This document shows, one piece after another, positions 37,687 through 51,300 of a stretch of DNA of 64,000 bases. Below the pieces are notes generated by a model, which was not told the DNA's origin, did not search any database, and saw nothing but the letters and a program-made list of their open reading frames with translations. The DNA is from Botryllus schlosseri (lineage: Eukaryota). How positions within the stretch are numbered: the stretch's first letter is position 1; each line of letters starts with the position of its first letter. The position numbers and the translations under genes were made by a program. The stretch lies in NCBI GenBank assembly GCA_051294905.1, contig CM119372.1, forward strand, positions 19,532,001-19,596,000. Direction: 5' to 3'.

Positions 37687-39244
37687 ATCAGACATTGCAA
37701 ACGGTCTGTTATGATAACAGTCAAATTTGATTCATATGTGGTGCAATACGAACACACGATTAATAATGACAGGTTAAATATTGTATTATCCAACCAAGGG
37801 AGGAAGCGCTTGCAATTTGAATGTTTTCATCCCTGTATTAACCCTATGACCCCCATCTCCATCGTAGGCGCATCGTGACATATCGCCACATCCGTGCCGT
37901 CTTGAAAACTAGAGCAATTGATGAATTGCGGGGCTATCAGCGGTTGTAAAACGTGTTCTCTATTGAATCAAAATCGTACTAGCGTCGCAATGCCATCCGC
38001 AAACAGTGCCACTCACGTGGGAAATAATTAGCGACATCTTCTCATAGCAATTAAACGCTTATTAGCACTTCGTAGATTATAGCTGTTGTCACACCGCCTT
38101 CTCTGCATAAATAAACCACGATTCGAGCCAGCTATTTCGATATGCATCGTTATCAATGTGTTGGAGTTGGTTTAAATCTTGCAATGCCCCTTTGCAAAGG
38201 TATTCCACTGCAGTGACCGTGCACTGTCAATTTTGATTACTATCTTTCCAATAAAACAGGTCGGGTTTACTTCGTCAATAGACTCCGTCTTGGGGCCTCC
38301 ATTTTGTTTAGGCCCGCGTTTTGTATAACTATCGCAGGAAGCGACGCAACGACAGGGCAAAAGTACTTCACCAACTGGTAAATGATCATACGCGCAGTAT
38401 CGCGTTACATCGGTGACAAGAGGGCTTCGGGAGATTTGATATCAAGTTACTATCGATCGCCTTTAGGGTAATTCTTAGAGACGGAAAGGCAGGCATCCTA
38501 TGTAGCCGCGCGCGGACTATTATTTAGTGAATTCATTACCGCAATAGTAGCGACGCATCGTATCGTTGCAAAATTACCTTGACATGAAAGATGACCGCAC
38601 GATACGCACGGCGCGAGGCCAAAAAATTTACGTGCCACTGCACATTCGCTATCCAAATTTTCGGATGCAATATCGATACTTTGTAAATTCTATTTTTTAA
38701 CCGTGTCTTGTTTATAATTTCGTGACAGCGTACGATAAACACGTGTAGGCTAATGCCAATCAGCACGATCCGCGATAGTTGCTAGCCAAAAGGATAAAGA
38801 GCATTGTCGATGCGCGTAGAATTCCTATCGCTCTGAATCGCGATGTGTGACCAAGAGGTGCCATTGTTTCCTGCAACGGTAAGTTATAAACTCTCCCGCA
38901 AATATCTACGTCGCCCGATTGAATTCCACTCGACCAGACTCACTACTATTGCAGTGCAATTAGGTCTGTAGCGAGGAGTGCTTTCGAATATTCCTAACTG
39001 TGCTTTTGAATAACGGACATCCGTCAAAGTTTTATTGTGACGTCAGAATCACGATGGCGTGTTGTTTTGAATTGAGGATTCGGCTACCACACGCACATAT
39101 TGCCCTTTCCCGGTAACTCGCTCGATATCACATTACCACTCTATTGAATTTAGTATTTTCTAAATTCGAGATGGCCTCGCTGCGAAAACTTGATTTATTT
39201 GATCGCCCGTGAAGATAATTGCCGGGCATTATAGTTAACTACGC

Positions 39245-39251
39245 TATAAAT
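39245..39251 (+). promoter_or_regulatory. Candidate TATA box upstream of the PEA3 start codon
   Basis: TATAAAT lies 98 nt upstream of ATG 39343. This is a motif match only. Confidence 0.25.
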
Positions 39252-39342
39252 ACGCAACGTGACCGGTTCGAATTACATGTCGCCCATTTCGGTAGGAAGC
39301 TTATCAAACTTTTATTGCGTTGATCCACAGAAAAATACGTCA

Positions 39343-42300
39343 ATGGACCCGAACGATAAGAATTTTCCGAAGGGACCCGCAAATCTGAAGCAATCAGATG
39401 ACGAATTTACCCTGTCGGACGGTAAGTCAGTCAGTCATCTAAGTTCGCAGATATTACTCATAAGGCCGGCCGGCGGCTCTCATAACAACTGTTAACGATC
39501 GAAATTTACAACCAGTCAGTAACGATTACGCGTATGTTTTCCTACTGCTATTGCGTTTTTTCTCGACGAAACGCATCACTGATGCTGACATTTGATTTTA
39601 ATTGTTTCTGTCAATTTACCTCTGCTTTGCCTTCGAGTGATCTATATCAGCGTTGGGACTCATCCGCATATTACGATGACGTATAGGATGCTTTAATTAA
39701 ACCCATCGGTATACGTATTCTAAACATTCGTATTTTTGCTTTTCAGATATCTTATCGCTAATCGTCAACGGTGAGCATCGCTTTACATTTGTTCTTCTAT
39801 ATCGCGCGGAAACTGCTGGGGTGGTGGTTTTTCGTTGTAAATTTCAGCGAGATAAGTCTTACCGACTTTCGCCTGCGATAAACCATCTCGCACGCACATT
39901 GCTTATGTGGATATGTTATTTGTTTCAGCCGAAAGTCCTAACGACGATCAGTTCGTACCAGAAGTGGAACACCGTGAGTTATTTGCGTGTCTTTCTACCA
40001 AATTCTATCCGCAGTAGTTATAGACAAAATACTTCGTAATTTGTCCAACTGTAATAACAATCGGAAGCTTTCGCGTCGGAATTGTGCGTCGTCGCGTTAC
40101 AAAAACGATACATCGGATTTAATGCTTTTGGAATTGTCACGTGGTCGATATCCATTGTGCTGGTTTAGCAATGTCAACACCCATCGACAATTTCAACTTT
40201 GGCAGTCAAGCGCTAATAATACCACACTTCAATAGTTCAAGAACTCTTAACTTGTTAACTTCGCGTAATCCAAGCGCTGTTCAGCGAAGGTCAGCGGTTG
40301 AACGCCATGGTCACTGCGGGATGCGGGAAATTAAGCTGTAACCACGTTACACTTTACTGCGTTTATCACTTAACGATAGCCGCCTAGGTGACAAATAGCC
40401 ACATCTGGCGGTTGAGGTATTTATTACCTGTCGCCTTTCCGAAGTTGAAAATCGCGAAGCATTTGGCTTCAGTTTGCGCAGTGATTTAACGATCGCTGCG
40501 TGTTGGCACTGCGTTATCTTTTCGAAATGAAATACTTCCGAGTGAGGCGCTTTGTCAACAACAAGCCAGCCGAGTGTGTGTCGCACACGCTAGCCTCGTA
40601 TCAGAACCAATTTCCGCCATTCTAAAAAAATGAAAACTTGCATTCCGCAAATCCCCGTTATATAATTTGATCCGGGCGTACCAATTTCCTACCTGATGCG
40701 CTTTCCGAAATCGCCATCAAGTAGTAAAGTGACTAAGTCTCGTTGATGAATATCGTGACCTATGATTCATGGCGATATCCCGTAGCGCAGAGGCGGCCAA
40801 GCACACATACACTACACTGCCGTTACAATCGACGGCATTTTACTCGCTCTAGATTTTATGAATGGAACGCATTGTTTCGTAGCTGTCGAGCGTAGAGACG
40901 GAGGAGTTCTATTTCACGCTTCGTCGCACCGAGTGTCGTACCGCGTATGTCCCGTATGTGCAGTTGTGCACTGTATAGTACACTATACAATCCTTTCCAT
41001 TGGTTATAAACACACTCAACTCAACACGCGAGTTCTCTTGTGTGCGCGGTGCGCGCTTTCTCGAACGGCAAGCAAACAAACACGGTACGGGCGTCCGCCG
41101 ATTTTCGGAGGCACCCACGAAATTTACGATGGCCACTAAAGTTTGATAAATGCCCAGCTGTCAATTTAACCGCGCGGCGCGCTGAATATCCACGGAGCAA
41201 GCGCTTCGCGAGGGTGTAACGCAAATAAAAGCGCCCGGAGTAGAGAGTCGGGGTCAACGATCTGATTGAATGGTCTTAAGTTGTGAAAAGCCTGAATCTT
41301 TCTCTAAGCAAACAGTTTGTTTAACATTACTTCCGGAACACTCTCGCGAGTGCCTTTGAGAGCGGAGATTACTGGTGTAGCGCCATAAGTCCACTTCAAA
41401 ACCTGTATTGTCGATTTCGTACCCGCACATAGAAAAAGGCGCCTGGTGTTTAAGAAATTACTGTAATTTGAGTGGTGGGCACTATGATTCGAGTGCTCGA
41501 ATCCGAATCAAGTATTAATCGGAATGATTCGAGTCAAATCATGGCATCTATGGATCTTTATCGAGTTACAAAATTATACACCCATTTCCACTTTGAGATA
41601 TATCTATCAATGAGAATTATAGTTTCCATACTTTCGAACCCTCAATTGATCGTATTGCGGCATCCAAAACACGTAGTAGGCCTACGAAGCTAATCACGTC
41701 AGTGGAAATCGTATTTCCGTGAATTTGTGAACGTGATCAACGACGCTGTCACAAAGTGAATGGAACAGGTACGATCGAAAATCTACCAAAATATCCTTAA
41801 TGCGGGGGAGAACTGGCATACAAGGTACATATTCGACATTTCCGCACTGTCCATACTCTTACTCGAAACATTGAGGTGTCGTATTTTCCCATCCCAAGTG
41901 CCGATACGTAATAAAGCTCAAAATATTATGTATCGTAACGCTTTTTATTCTCCTTTATCTCAGTGGTCCACTTTGACAACGACACTTCAAAACCGGACTC
42001 GAAGGTGCCCGAATGCACAAATTCCTCCTTGGGATACAACACCGCCACATCAGACGGCAGTATCAGCGACCCCCTAAACCCGCTGCAACTCAACAGTCAC
42101 TTTGACGACGTTTTCGCCCCCGACACCCCGCACGGGCGAGACCAAGATCCGTGCCTATCGCAGCAGCCGCAGGACTTATCCGTGCGACGCAACCCCGCTT
42201 TCAACCCGCACCAAAATCAAGCCTCAACCCCAATTGAAGACACGCTAAGCAACGATGGGGGTGAAGTTGGGATGTTACGCGGTTCTGATGATAGATCTGC

Positions 42301-45300
42301 GTCCAGAAACTTACAGCAGTTCGCGGCTAGACAACATAGGCGCAGTACCCAAGTCCCTAACACTCTCGACATCAGTCACGGACACCGGGAAGGCACAATC
42401 AACCCGTATCCGAATTTCTACTCTCCTACCTACACAGGGCCTGTGGTATCGCCTATGAGCGATTGCGGCGCTCCGACAAGGAATCAGTTCCATCCCGAAC
42501 GGCAAGGGGATATAAATTCGAGAAATCGCTCATGTAGCGCGGATTACTACGGACATCACCCTCATGCCGTGTTCTCAACCCAGGGTAGCGGTCATCGGTA
42601 CGGAAACGGCTCGCAGCAATTCCGCGATTCATCCGCGCCAAACCGACCCGAACACATCGACACTGTAGCGGAACCCCCGCCGCTGTCACATTTGCCGGTT
42701 TTGGCGCCCGGCTACCAGCGCGAGCAAGCTGGCGTTAATGCGAGCCGGAATACTGTCACGCCGACGGGCCGGGAGCATCAGCGGTTGTCTGGATATCACG
42801 CGGTGGCGGACGATAACGCAAGAGAAACGGGATACCAGGGCCTGCATCACTCTTTGGATCGAAGAGAGACGGGCGCGGAGTTCAGAGCCCCGCATCCGTG
42901 GCCTGGTAAGGAAGATTTCCTGTGAATTCGGCACTAGGTGAATTCGTCATCCGAAAGGAATTAACTAATATTATTATGAAAGTGATGCATTAATATTTAT
43001 TGTATTAATAAAAATTCTAAAATGAATGTTTCACTAAATATAAGCGTGAATTGTGATATACCGCACTTGGCGCATTCGGAACTTGGTGAACTCGGCATGT
43101 CGAAGCCGTTGGTGAATTTGGCATGTTGAATTGGGCGCACTAGCTACTTTAAAAATTGTTGATGAACGCCATAACCCCAATCCTAACATGATCCGACCTC
43201 GCATCGTTGAAAGGTGGACCGCGCGCTCTCATCCTCCCCGTCCCATGACCAATGGCCATGTGATATATGAATGCCCTGCTTGACCTCTGCATATCACTAT
43301 TCACGCTCACATTTATTGAAACGATCATTTTCGAATTTTATTAATGCAATGTTGATGCATCGCGTTCTTACTAATAACAAGTACACGTTACGTTTCTAAT
43401 GACGATTTCACCAATTGCCATATATCACAATTCACGCTCACATATAATAACTTATATAACAATAATAGTTATATTTATTATCACGAACGCCGAATTCGCC
43501 CAGAGCCGAATTCACTGACAACCGTAAGAAAGTACGATTATGATACGGTGTCGCTTAAAACGCGGACCCGTGACCGGGGTAATTTTTTGCCGCGAGGGGT
43601 ATTTTGATTGTGGCATTCGTCACGGCGGTTCAAGTTTCCGTAATTTTGCATTTCTTTAAAATCCTCTATTTTTCGACGTCTTACAAAACCACTCTGTCGG
43701 AAATTTCCGGTGTGCACCAGACAAGCGGTATGAAGATTGATGAACGATCGCTAAAATACCGAGGCGCACCGCAAATCTCGTTAACTCAGCGCTGTTATAC
43801 ACAACGTATACGGAGACTTATGATAGTGGTAATCGCCCTGTACACAAAAGCGTTCTTAGCGCGTTCGCAACGCTACAATAGTCGCAAACGATGAGTATTA
43901 TGAAGTGCGCTGTCAGAGCGCGCGCGTAATGTTAATCCGCGGATCACCGACAATGGCATACGCGACCGCTGTAACCGCTTATTTGTGTCCCAAGGCTAAA
44001 ATGACGTAAGGTTTTTGCCGATTTCTGATGACGAGTGTGTGTGCGGAGCGCCACACTTTTTTCCGTGTTGTTTGTCGGCATACGATTCGTAATTATTTTG
44101 GGTTTGGATAATGATGGGAAAAACTTGAGCGTGTTTGGCTTTGCAGCATTGGAACCTCAATCGAACGCATCGTGGCGTGTCGCCGAGGCATGGGATCTCA
44201 TCCAGATTACTTCAGGGTTCTGACAAATCGATGTTTGCTATGAGAAGTTCTAATTCACTGGCGCTCCACCGTGAAATTGAGATTCACGCGTGGCTGACTT
44301 GCGTAGTGGTGCTGCGCTGTTTAATTGTGGATTTTTCAATGTTTAGGTCTAACATAGGGCATACCCATACCCATGACACAACAACTTTTTCAGTGATTGA
44401 CATACTCGAACAGAAACAGTACTATTCTTATGCATTGCTAGGCGCCTATACACCGAGTATTAGCTTTGAATGTTGCTGTATAAAATAAGCTAAATCAAAG
44501 CCTACGAGTACGTTGGGCAAAGCCTATAATAGCGACACACGCCAATACTCAGGGTGGGTTTCAAAAAGTTGTCTTAATTTAGACCTGGCTTAAGGCCAGT
44601 GATTGACTTGCTCAAGACGCCAGACGTCGGCGGTCTTAATTCGGTTTCAAATCTCAATTTGGCGCCGCGCTCGGCCAAGTCCGTTAGTTGCGAGTAATTA
44701 CTGTCTACTTCGTCGCTGTAGCGAGTTCAACACGGAACCGAGGCCAGTTGTTATTGTTTTGAGTTGCTTGCTGATGTCGTATAGTACGGTAGCGATGCTG
44801 TGAAGGAATACGGAATTGCTTGAGCTATTGAAATTTACGGACGGATGATCAGAACGGAACCCCGAGGAAGTATCTGGCAAATGATCAGCACGTTATCGCA
44901 AAGTATTCGAAGAAATAGTGCGGCTGTGATACCGATTTTTGAAGACACAACTGCCCAGCATTTTGGCATATTAATTGTTGAAGATTATGCTCTTGGAGAT
45001 GCTGAATATCCACTGAGGACTTATTACTCACGCCACTATTATGCCCAAGAACTTTGACCGAAAAAAGTCACTATTGTTTTCATGCATATCGTTACCCTCT
45101 GGCAGAGCGCAGTGCTTTGTGTTTAAGAAAATATCTCGCGCATTGGCTATATTCAAAGAAGAACCTCAGAATATCGATATGACAATAGCCTGCTTCTGCC
45201 TTTACAATCCTAGCAATGCTGACAAGGCAGATGGAGCTGAATTTGATGACATACTGCAACTGGAAGCGTTGACCGCACTCCCACAGTATCGACTCCTACA

Positions 45301-48300
45301 GAGAAATCTGCACGACAACGCATGATCTACAGATTTTTGCAATACATTTGATTACATTCCAAAACATACTCGTGCTTTATTTCTTGTGACACGTTAAAAT
45401 GATGTAAAATGTGTATTATGGCTTTAAGTAAGTTCAAGTTCATAAATTTGGACACAAGATAGCGAAGTTATTGCAAGGGGCTTGGAAAACTGGAGCAGGC
45501 GAACATGAACGGCTGAACAAAATTGAATCAAATGTACAAAAGACATGTTTTGACTCTAGATTCGGCTAACGTCAAATTCATGTTGTTCAGCATCTTCTAT
45601 AATTATTAACGTTAAGACCATGCTCAACTTGTTTCATTCTCTTCTGCTTTATCACTGATTTTCAAATCTTCGCTGCTTCATAGTTGACTTCGGGCCTGGA
45701 CTTCGGTGAGCTGTTGGTAGAGATATAACTGATAAATTTCGAACGAATTTTTTAAATTTTATACTGTTGCTATCCATACAAAACTCAATAGTCTATTGTA
45801 ATACATAGCATCAGCAAACTATACGAATGTTAATAGAAATAATAATGAGATAATAATTAATAGCAATAATAATGAGATAACAAACAGACAATTGATGGCC
45901 TAGTAATGAATGCAAACTTACCTTGATTTGGTTGGAAATGTTGCCCAAACAACTAGCAGATGCAGTTCCCAACTGCTACTCCATAAGTTGGCACATCAGA
46001 TGGGTCAGCATCTATCACAAAACAACTTATCAAGCATGGTATAAATATGAATGGAAATGACATACTTACAGCCCAGTGTTGGTATCATGGTGCGAGGAAC
46101 TGGATAAAGCTCGAGCAAAGTGCTTTCAGAAAAACCTTAACATAAAAGGAACTGGATATTGGTATGCGCATTCACACTCACATATACGGATAGATAGATA
46201 AATACCTATTTGATGACTTGGCACATCACTGCTCGTTTGATTTTCTCTGTGTTCCAAAAGAATGGTGCTATCATTTGTTTCACAGCCTGCAGCTCACTCT
46301 GGTGGCACATTGCACAGCTATATAATAATTTTTACATGGACTGATTATGCTACTATGTCGATACTATGACTGGGTAGCAAATCTGTGAAAATCAATGTTG
46401 AATTGACATATATCTCAAAACATTTGGATTACTGAAGCGTTAGCATGTACTGCACTTTGAATATTATTGGCATATATCACTTCACATCAATGGCCCCTTT
46501 AAGCTGCATACATGCGCAAATGCGCAGTGCTGACACGGTTTATGCACACAGAAAATCTGAAGTCATGACCCTTTTTTAGTCGTTACGCACTGTTTTCCGA
46601 GGGTCTGCGTAGTGAGTTCTTGAGTGTACGCACAGACTCATCAAAAATTAGAGGGAACATTGCTTCACATCTATAGCAATTCACTAACAACTTCATGCAA
46701 AGTCATGTCATTTTTCTTTCCGAAACTTCTGGATCTTTATCCAGTATGCTGAAATTCGGTGCGCGTGCGGTGAACGGAATATCAATACAATGCTGGTTGA
46801 ATAGACACATATTGATCAAAGTTCCATGTAGTCGGCACTATTCTAGAAAGTAGCGGTTAAACATGGATATTGAGGGGAACCCTGCAATCAATCACAGTTG
46901 CGTGCAAGTGGTGCAACATTGATTAGGCTCAACAAAATGAGCATGATACATATTTTCCATTTTCTGGTGATGCGTCGTGTGTTCACTTTTTGGCTATAAC
47001 CACAGCATAGCCAAACTGTCAAAACGTCAACGTGCCTAAGTTAAAAGACGTAACCAGTCGAGAAAACTATAATGATGAGTTGACGTAGCATGTAGGCTAT
47101 CAATAAAGGATCTGTTGATCTGCCGCAACCTAAAATCTCATCTTGGGGCTTCTTCGATACATGCACTATATTAACTGATGTTCCCCATGACCACTGATCA
47201 GCATCATTACCCGTAGCGGATTCTTATCGCTGACCTTTCTTTGCCAAAATGGGCGGGATTCGCAAGTCCAACGCAAGGCACACCTTTACACCTTACCCCA
47301 AATATCACTTCCCGTGTCTCGTAACCATAGTCATATCATATTAGTAACCGAATCGATTGGAGCCAGCGAACGCGGGTTATGGTGGTCATGGGGAACATTG
47401 CTTGATACTATATGGTGCGGTTATGGAAGAAGTGCTGATGTGTCCTGTGTGCCTCAGGGCTTTGGCTATCCATTTGAATTGAAATCCATTCAGTATACGA
47501 AGACCCCTGCAGCATTCCACTGTAAATCCCACTATAACGGTATATGATACCAACTTGTCACGTTTGTGATATAAACATTGTTCCAAACTGCCTGGCATCA
47601 ATATACAATGATCTAATCTGATTTGCCAAGCTATACATCAGAAGAACGGCCAATATCCTTCAACAAACAGCACAACAGTTATCAGCACTGTTGACTTCAG
47701 CCTACCCCCTAGCTGGCTTGGATATCTGTCTTAACAAAGCGCACGCTGGTGGGGAAATCCCCTCAAGTCACAGTTTTGAAACCGACTTCAGCCTGAGAGG
47801 TGTAGCTTAAGCCCGACGACGGGCCTAAGTCGACTATTTGAAACCCACCCTCAGTGTACGCTTCCATCAAGGCATAAGAAGAATATGGTTCCCAGTCGAT
47901 TCGAACATGTCAATCGCTGACTAAGGTGTTGTGTCATGGATATGATCACTGGATATGGGCTACTATAGTAGCCACTGATTGGGGACGGTGTCATATCGCT
48001 ACCAACATCGTAGGCAGGCTGTCATCGACTTCCAGATTACGGCTACAATATTTACATTCATTATAAAAAGGATAATGCCTGTTAAGCTGGGGTGGTACTC
48101 GCGCTGAGATTTCATACTATCAACGACCAACGTAAGACCAACTTGTCTTACGTAGCCGCTATGCCAGCGGTATTGGTTATGCGATATGTGAGTTGTTAAT
48201 AATGAGTAATTGCAAATTTTCCTGTCGACGTGATACGAATAAATCTCTCTCACAAGCCCCGACTCCGTGTAAGCGACATTTAACGCAAGCTGACCAATGA

Positions 48301-51300
48301 CCATTGACCAATGTGCCAACAATGACCATACAAGCATGTTTACCGTTCTCGTCGTACAATCCGAACTATCACTAAGTTCATCCTGTTTTTCCGTTGCGAT
48401 AGGGCCTAAGGTACCATGATCAAACAGTAGTCATAGTTTTGCAATGACGATTGAATCGCTGGTCGTTGGAGCGTCCAGTTTTCAAACGTAGCCAACTAAC
48501 TCCCCGTACTGTGAAGTTACGTTCCGGGGTAATTCGTTGCGCCCAGACCAAAAATAAATGACCTGAATACTGCGCGGTGACTGATGCAGAATAAAATACA
48601 ATTTGTGGTGCAAGGGAATTATTATCATTTATCAATATCTTACTTTATTCAGGGTCGCACGCTTACCACGCAGCAAGACATTATGCCACCGTTAACAGAT
48701 CCGGCTTCCGAGAAAGGTAAGAAACGCGCACTCACACGGATAAAATATCCAAAGCTAGTCGAAGTAGTCACTAGTCCGCACTGCTACCAAAGTAGAAACA
48801 ATGACATAAATTTCTGCTCAAGTACAAGTAGAAGTAGCAATTTTCGGACATCCGCAGACTGCGTCATGTAGAAATAAAAAATGAATGTTTTGAAAAGTAC
48901 TCAAGTATGTAGAGCAAGTAGATTCGTCGGAGTCGTCGTATAATTATAGTAGTAAATCGGAGGCGAGACTTTCTTTCGGGATAGCAAGTAGAGAAAGTAG
49001 GCAAAACCTATTTGTGTACTCTGAAATAGTTGAAATATTTCGTTACTGGCCACCTCTGAGTATAACCTACTTTTTGCTCCCAGATTCCCCCATTCGGACC
49101 AGTCTCCTGGCGTGGAGCGGCCAAACCCAGCCCATTACCAGCACGGCGTGGCCCACCCGCCGCTGACGCGCCACAATTCCGCGCCGGTCTTCCACGGCCT
49201 GCCGTCCAATCATGTTCCAAGCGTCGCCGTGAAACAGGTAACGCGTACGCGACCGCCTGTGTGTGCCTTCACAGAACGGGTGTCATACGTATTTTGGCTG
49301 TTTTTTCAGGAAGCATACTCGTCTACGAATGAGGTACAGCCTTACCCGGTGCATATGGCCGTCAAGCTGGAAGCTGTGGATGATGGTACGTTTTTGTTTT
49401 GTTTTACGTATAGGAACGGGACTGTACACCGTAAATACATGACTCAAATTCGAAATCCAAATATGCCTGCCCAGATTCTCAAAATTTAAGTGCAAATCGT
49501 GTACAAATGCGCATAAGACGTTGAAACCTGTTTGTCTGTCCCAACATCGCTCTCATATGCGTTAACTGGTTTTGCTGGAAGATCGATTTCTTTTGAATTT
49601 GAATCGATTGCGATCAGTCGGTGATGAATTTCTGATCAAATCTAATATGAATGGCTCAGCTGTCGTGCTAAACGACCTAGCTCGCTAAGATCATATGTTG
49701 TTTGTGACCTTTACAGACTAACAATGAAGCTTCATAACACTTCAAACTTCGAGGTCGTGTGCTATTTGCGACCAACTTTGCGAAGTGTCTATTGCCTACA
49801 ACCTCTTCCGCAAAATTGTAAACGATATAATACGCGCGGACGACGAGCGTTTCGCCTTTACGATGTGTTCCCTACCGTGTGCAGTCCGCTAACTGATTTC
49901 CGCTGCTGAATGAGCGTGCCATGACAAAGCAGCTCTTGAGTTGTTGGGAAATTCGTGTGAGAAAGGCTCCAAGGTGTCATGCAGCACGCATTCACGGCGT
50001 ATGTATCCAAACTGAGCAGTACAACCTGTGCAATACATAGAAACATTGTTATAAACATTATGTAACTAGAGAATAACTTGCGGGGCTGTTATGTTGTATC
50101 ACGGACTCCTGATGGCAACACTAACGATGGTAATTTAACATCTGCAGTGTTGCCAACAGAAATGACTACTAATCAACGCAACACAACACAACAGAAAACA
50201 ATCATGACCGGAAATGAGCACAAAATCAGTCTGTCAACCAATCAGAAACTTTTTACCACATGGTCAAACCAATCAGAACCATTGATTAGCGATTGCCAAT
50301 CCAATCGCCGACGGCTACTTTCAAACACTTTGCACGAAAAGTTAACGACTTTCCGGCAAGCATATTGTGGACTCACTGATGTTTTGTTATCAAAACTAAG
50401 GAACGAGCCTTTGCAACGCAGCATTTTTGACATTTTGGACAACCATGATGTGCCTATATATAATAATGCACACGGTGAATGCTCTGTAAACGCGTCTTCC
50501 ACAATATTCACACTCGGGGCCCGCCTTCTTCCTGTCAAAACACGCGCCAAAAAGCAACCTTCTACCAACACAACGACGCGTCCGCATCCGACATAAAACG
50601 TGCAGATTCGCCGCGCGCACCGCATCCGACGCTTACTTAGCGACGACACCGCGGATTAAGACACATAATCCGGCGTTAATAACACGGAAAATGTCTCAGA
50701 TCGCGCGATCACTCGCCTCGAACACGACAATGTTGACCCAAACCTATCGCCCATAGGAGCTGCGACTATTGTCACCGCGCGTGCGAAGACTATCCTTACA
50801 TTTACCGCTATTGAGCAAAGTAAACATATGAGATATTTATTTTTCCAGATTTCCAAATATTTCAAAAAGCGTCACCGCACGGATATCCAGCCCGTCCGTT
50901 AGTGACAAAGGTGCCAGCAATCTGTCTGATAGTTAAAAACAACCCTTTAATCCCGCCCTTTCTACCGACAGAGACACAGCGCCAGCGACATATTAACAAA
51001 CGCCAAACCCAAGCCGACTGTGACGAAATCGAACCCGGTTCGAAAACCGTCCGACGCCGGAGAATCCGGTAAATTGCCGGGTTCAAAACCGGCGAAAACG
51101 CAGAAGGAAATCATGCCTCCGCCCAGCGCCAAAGCCAAGGCGGACGAAGGCGGCAAGCTTGACAAGAAAGGGAAGGAAGAGAATCGGAAAAAGAAACCGG
51201 AGACGCCGCCCTCTCCAGCGCGACGGAACCGGTACCCTTCCGGAGACGGGAAAGGCGATGGGTTGTATCACAGCCCGTCCGACGCGCTGGTTCCGGACAT

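Noticed and set aside
50078..50649. Overlapping 172-aa and 135-aa ORFs in a PEA3 intron as a nested gene
   Set aside because: They have no recognisable domain and low-complexity composition, and they start near a CAGTGTTGCCAAC hAT-like end.
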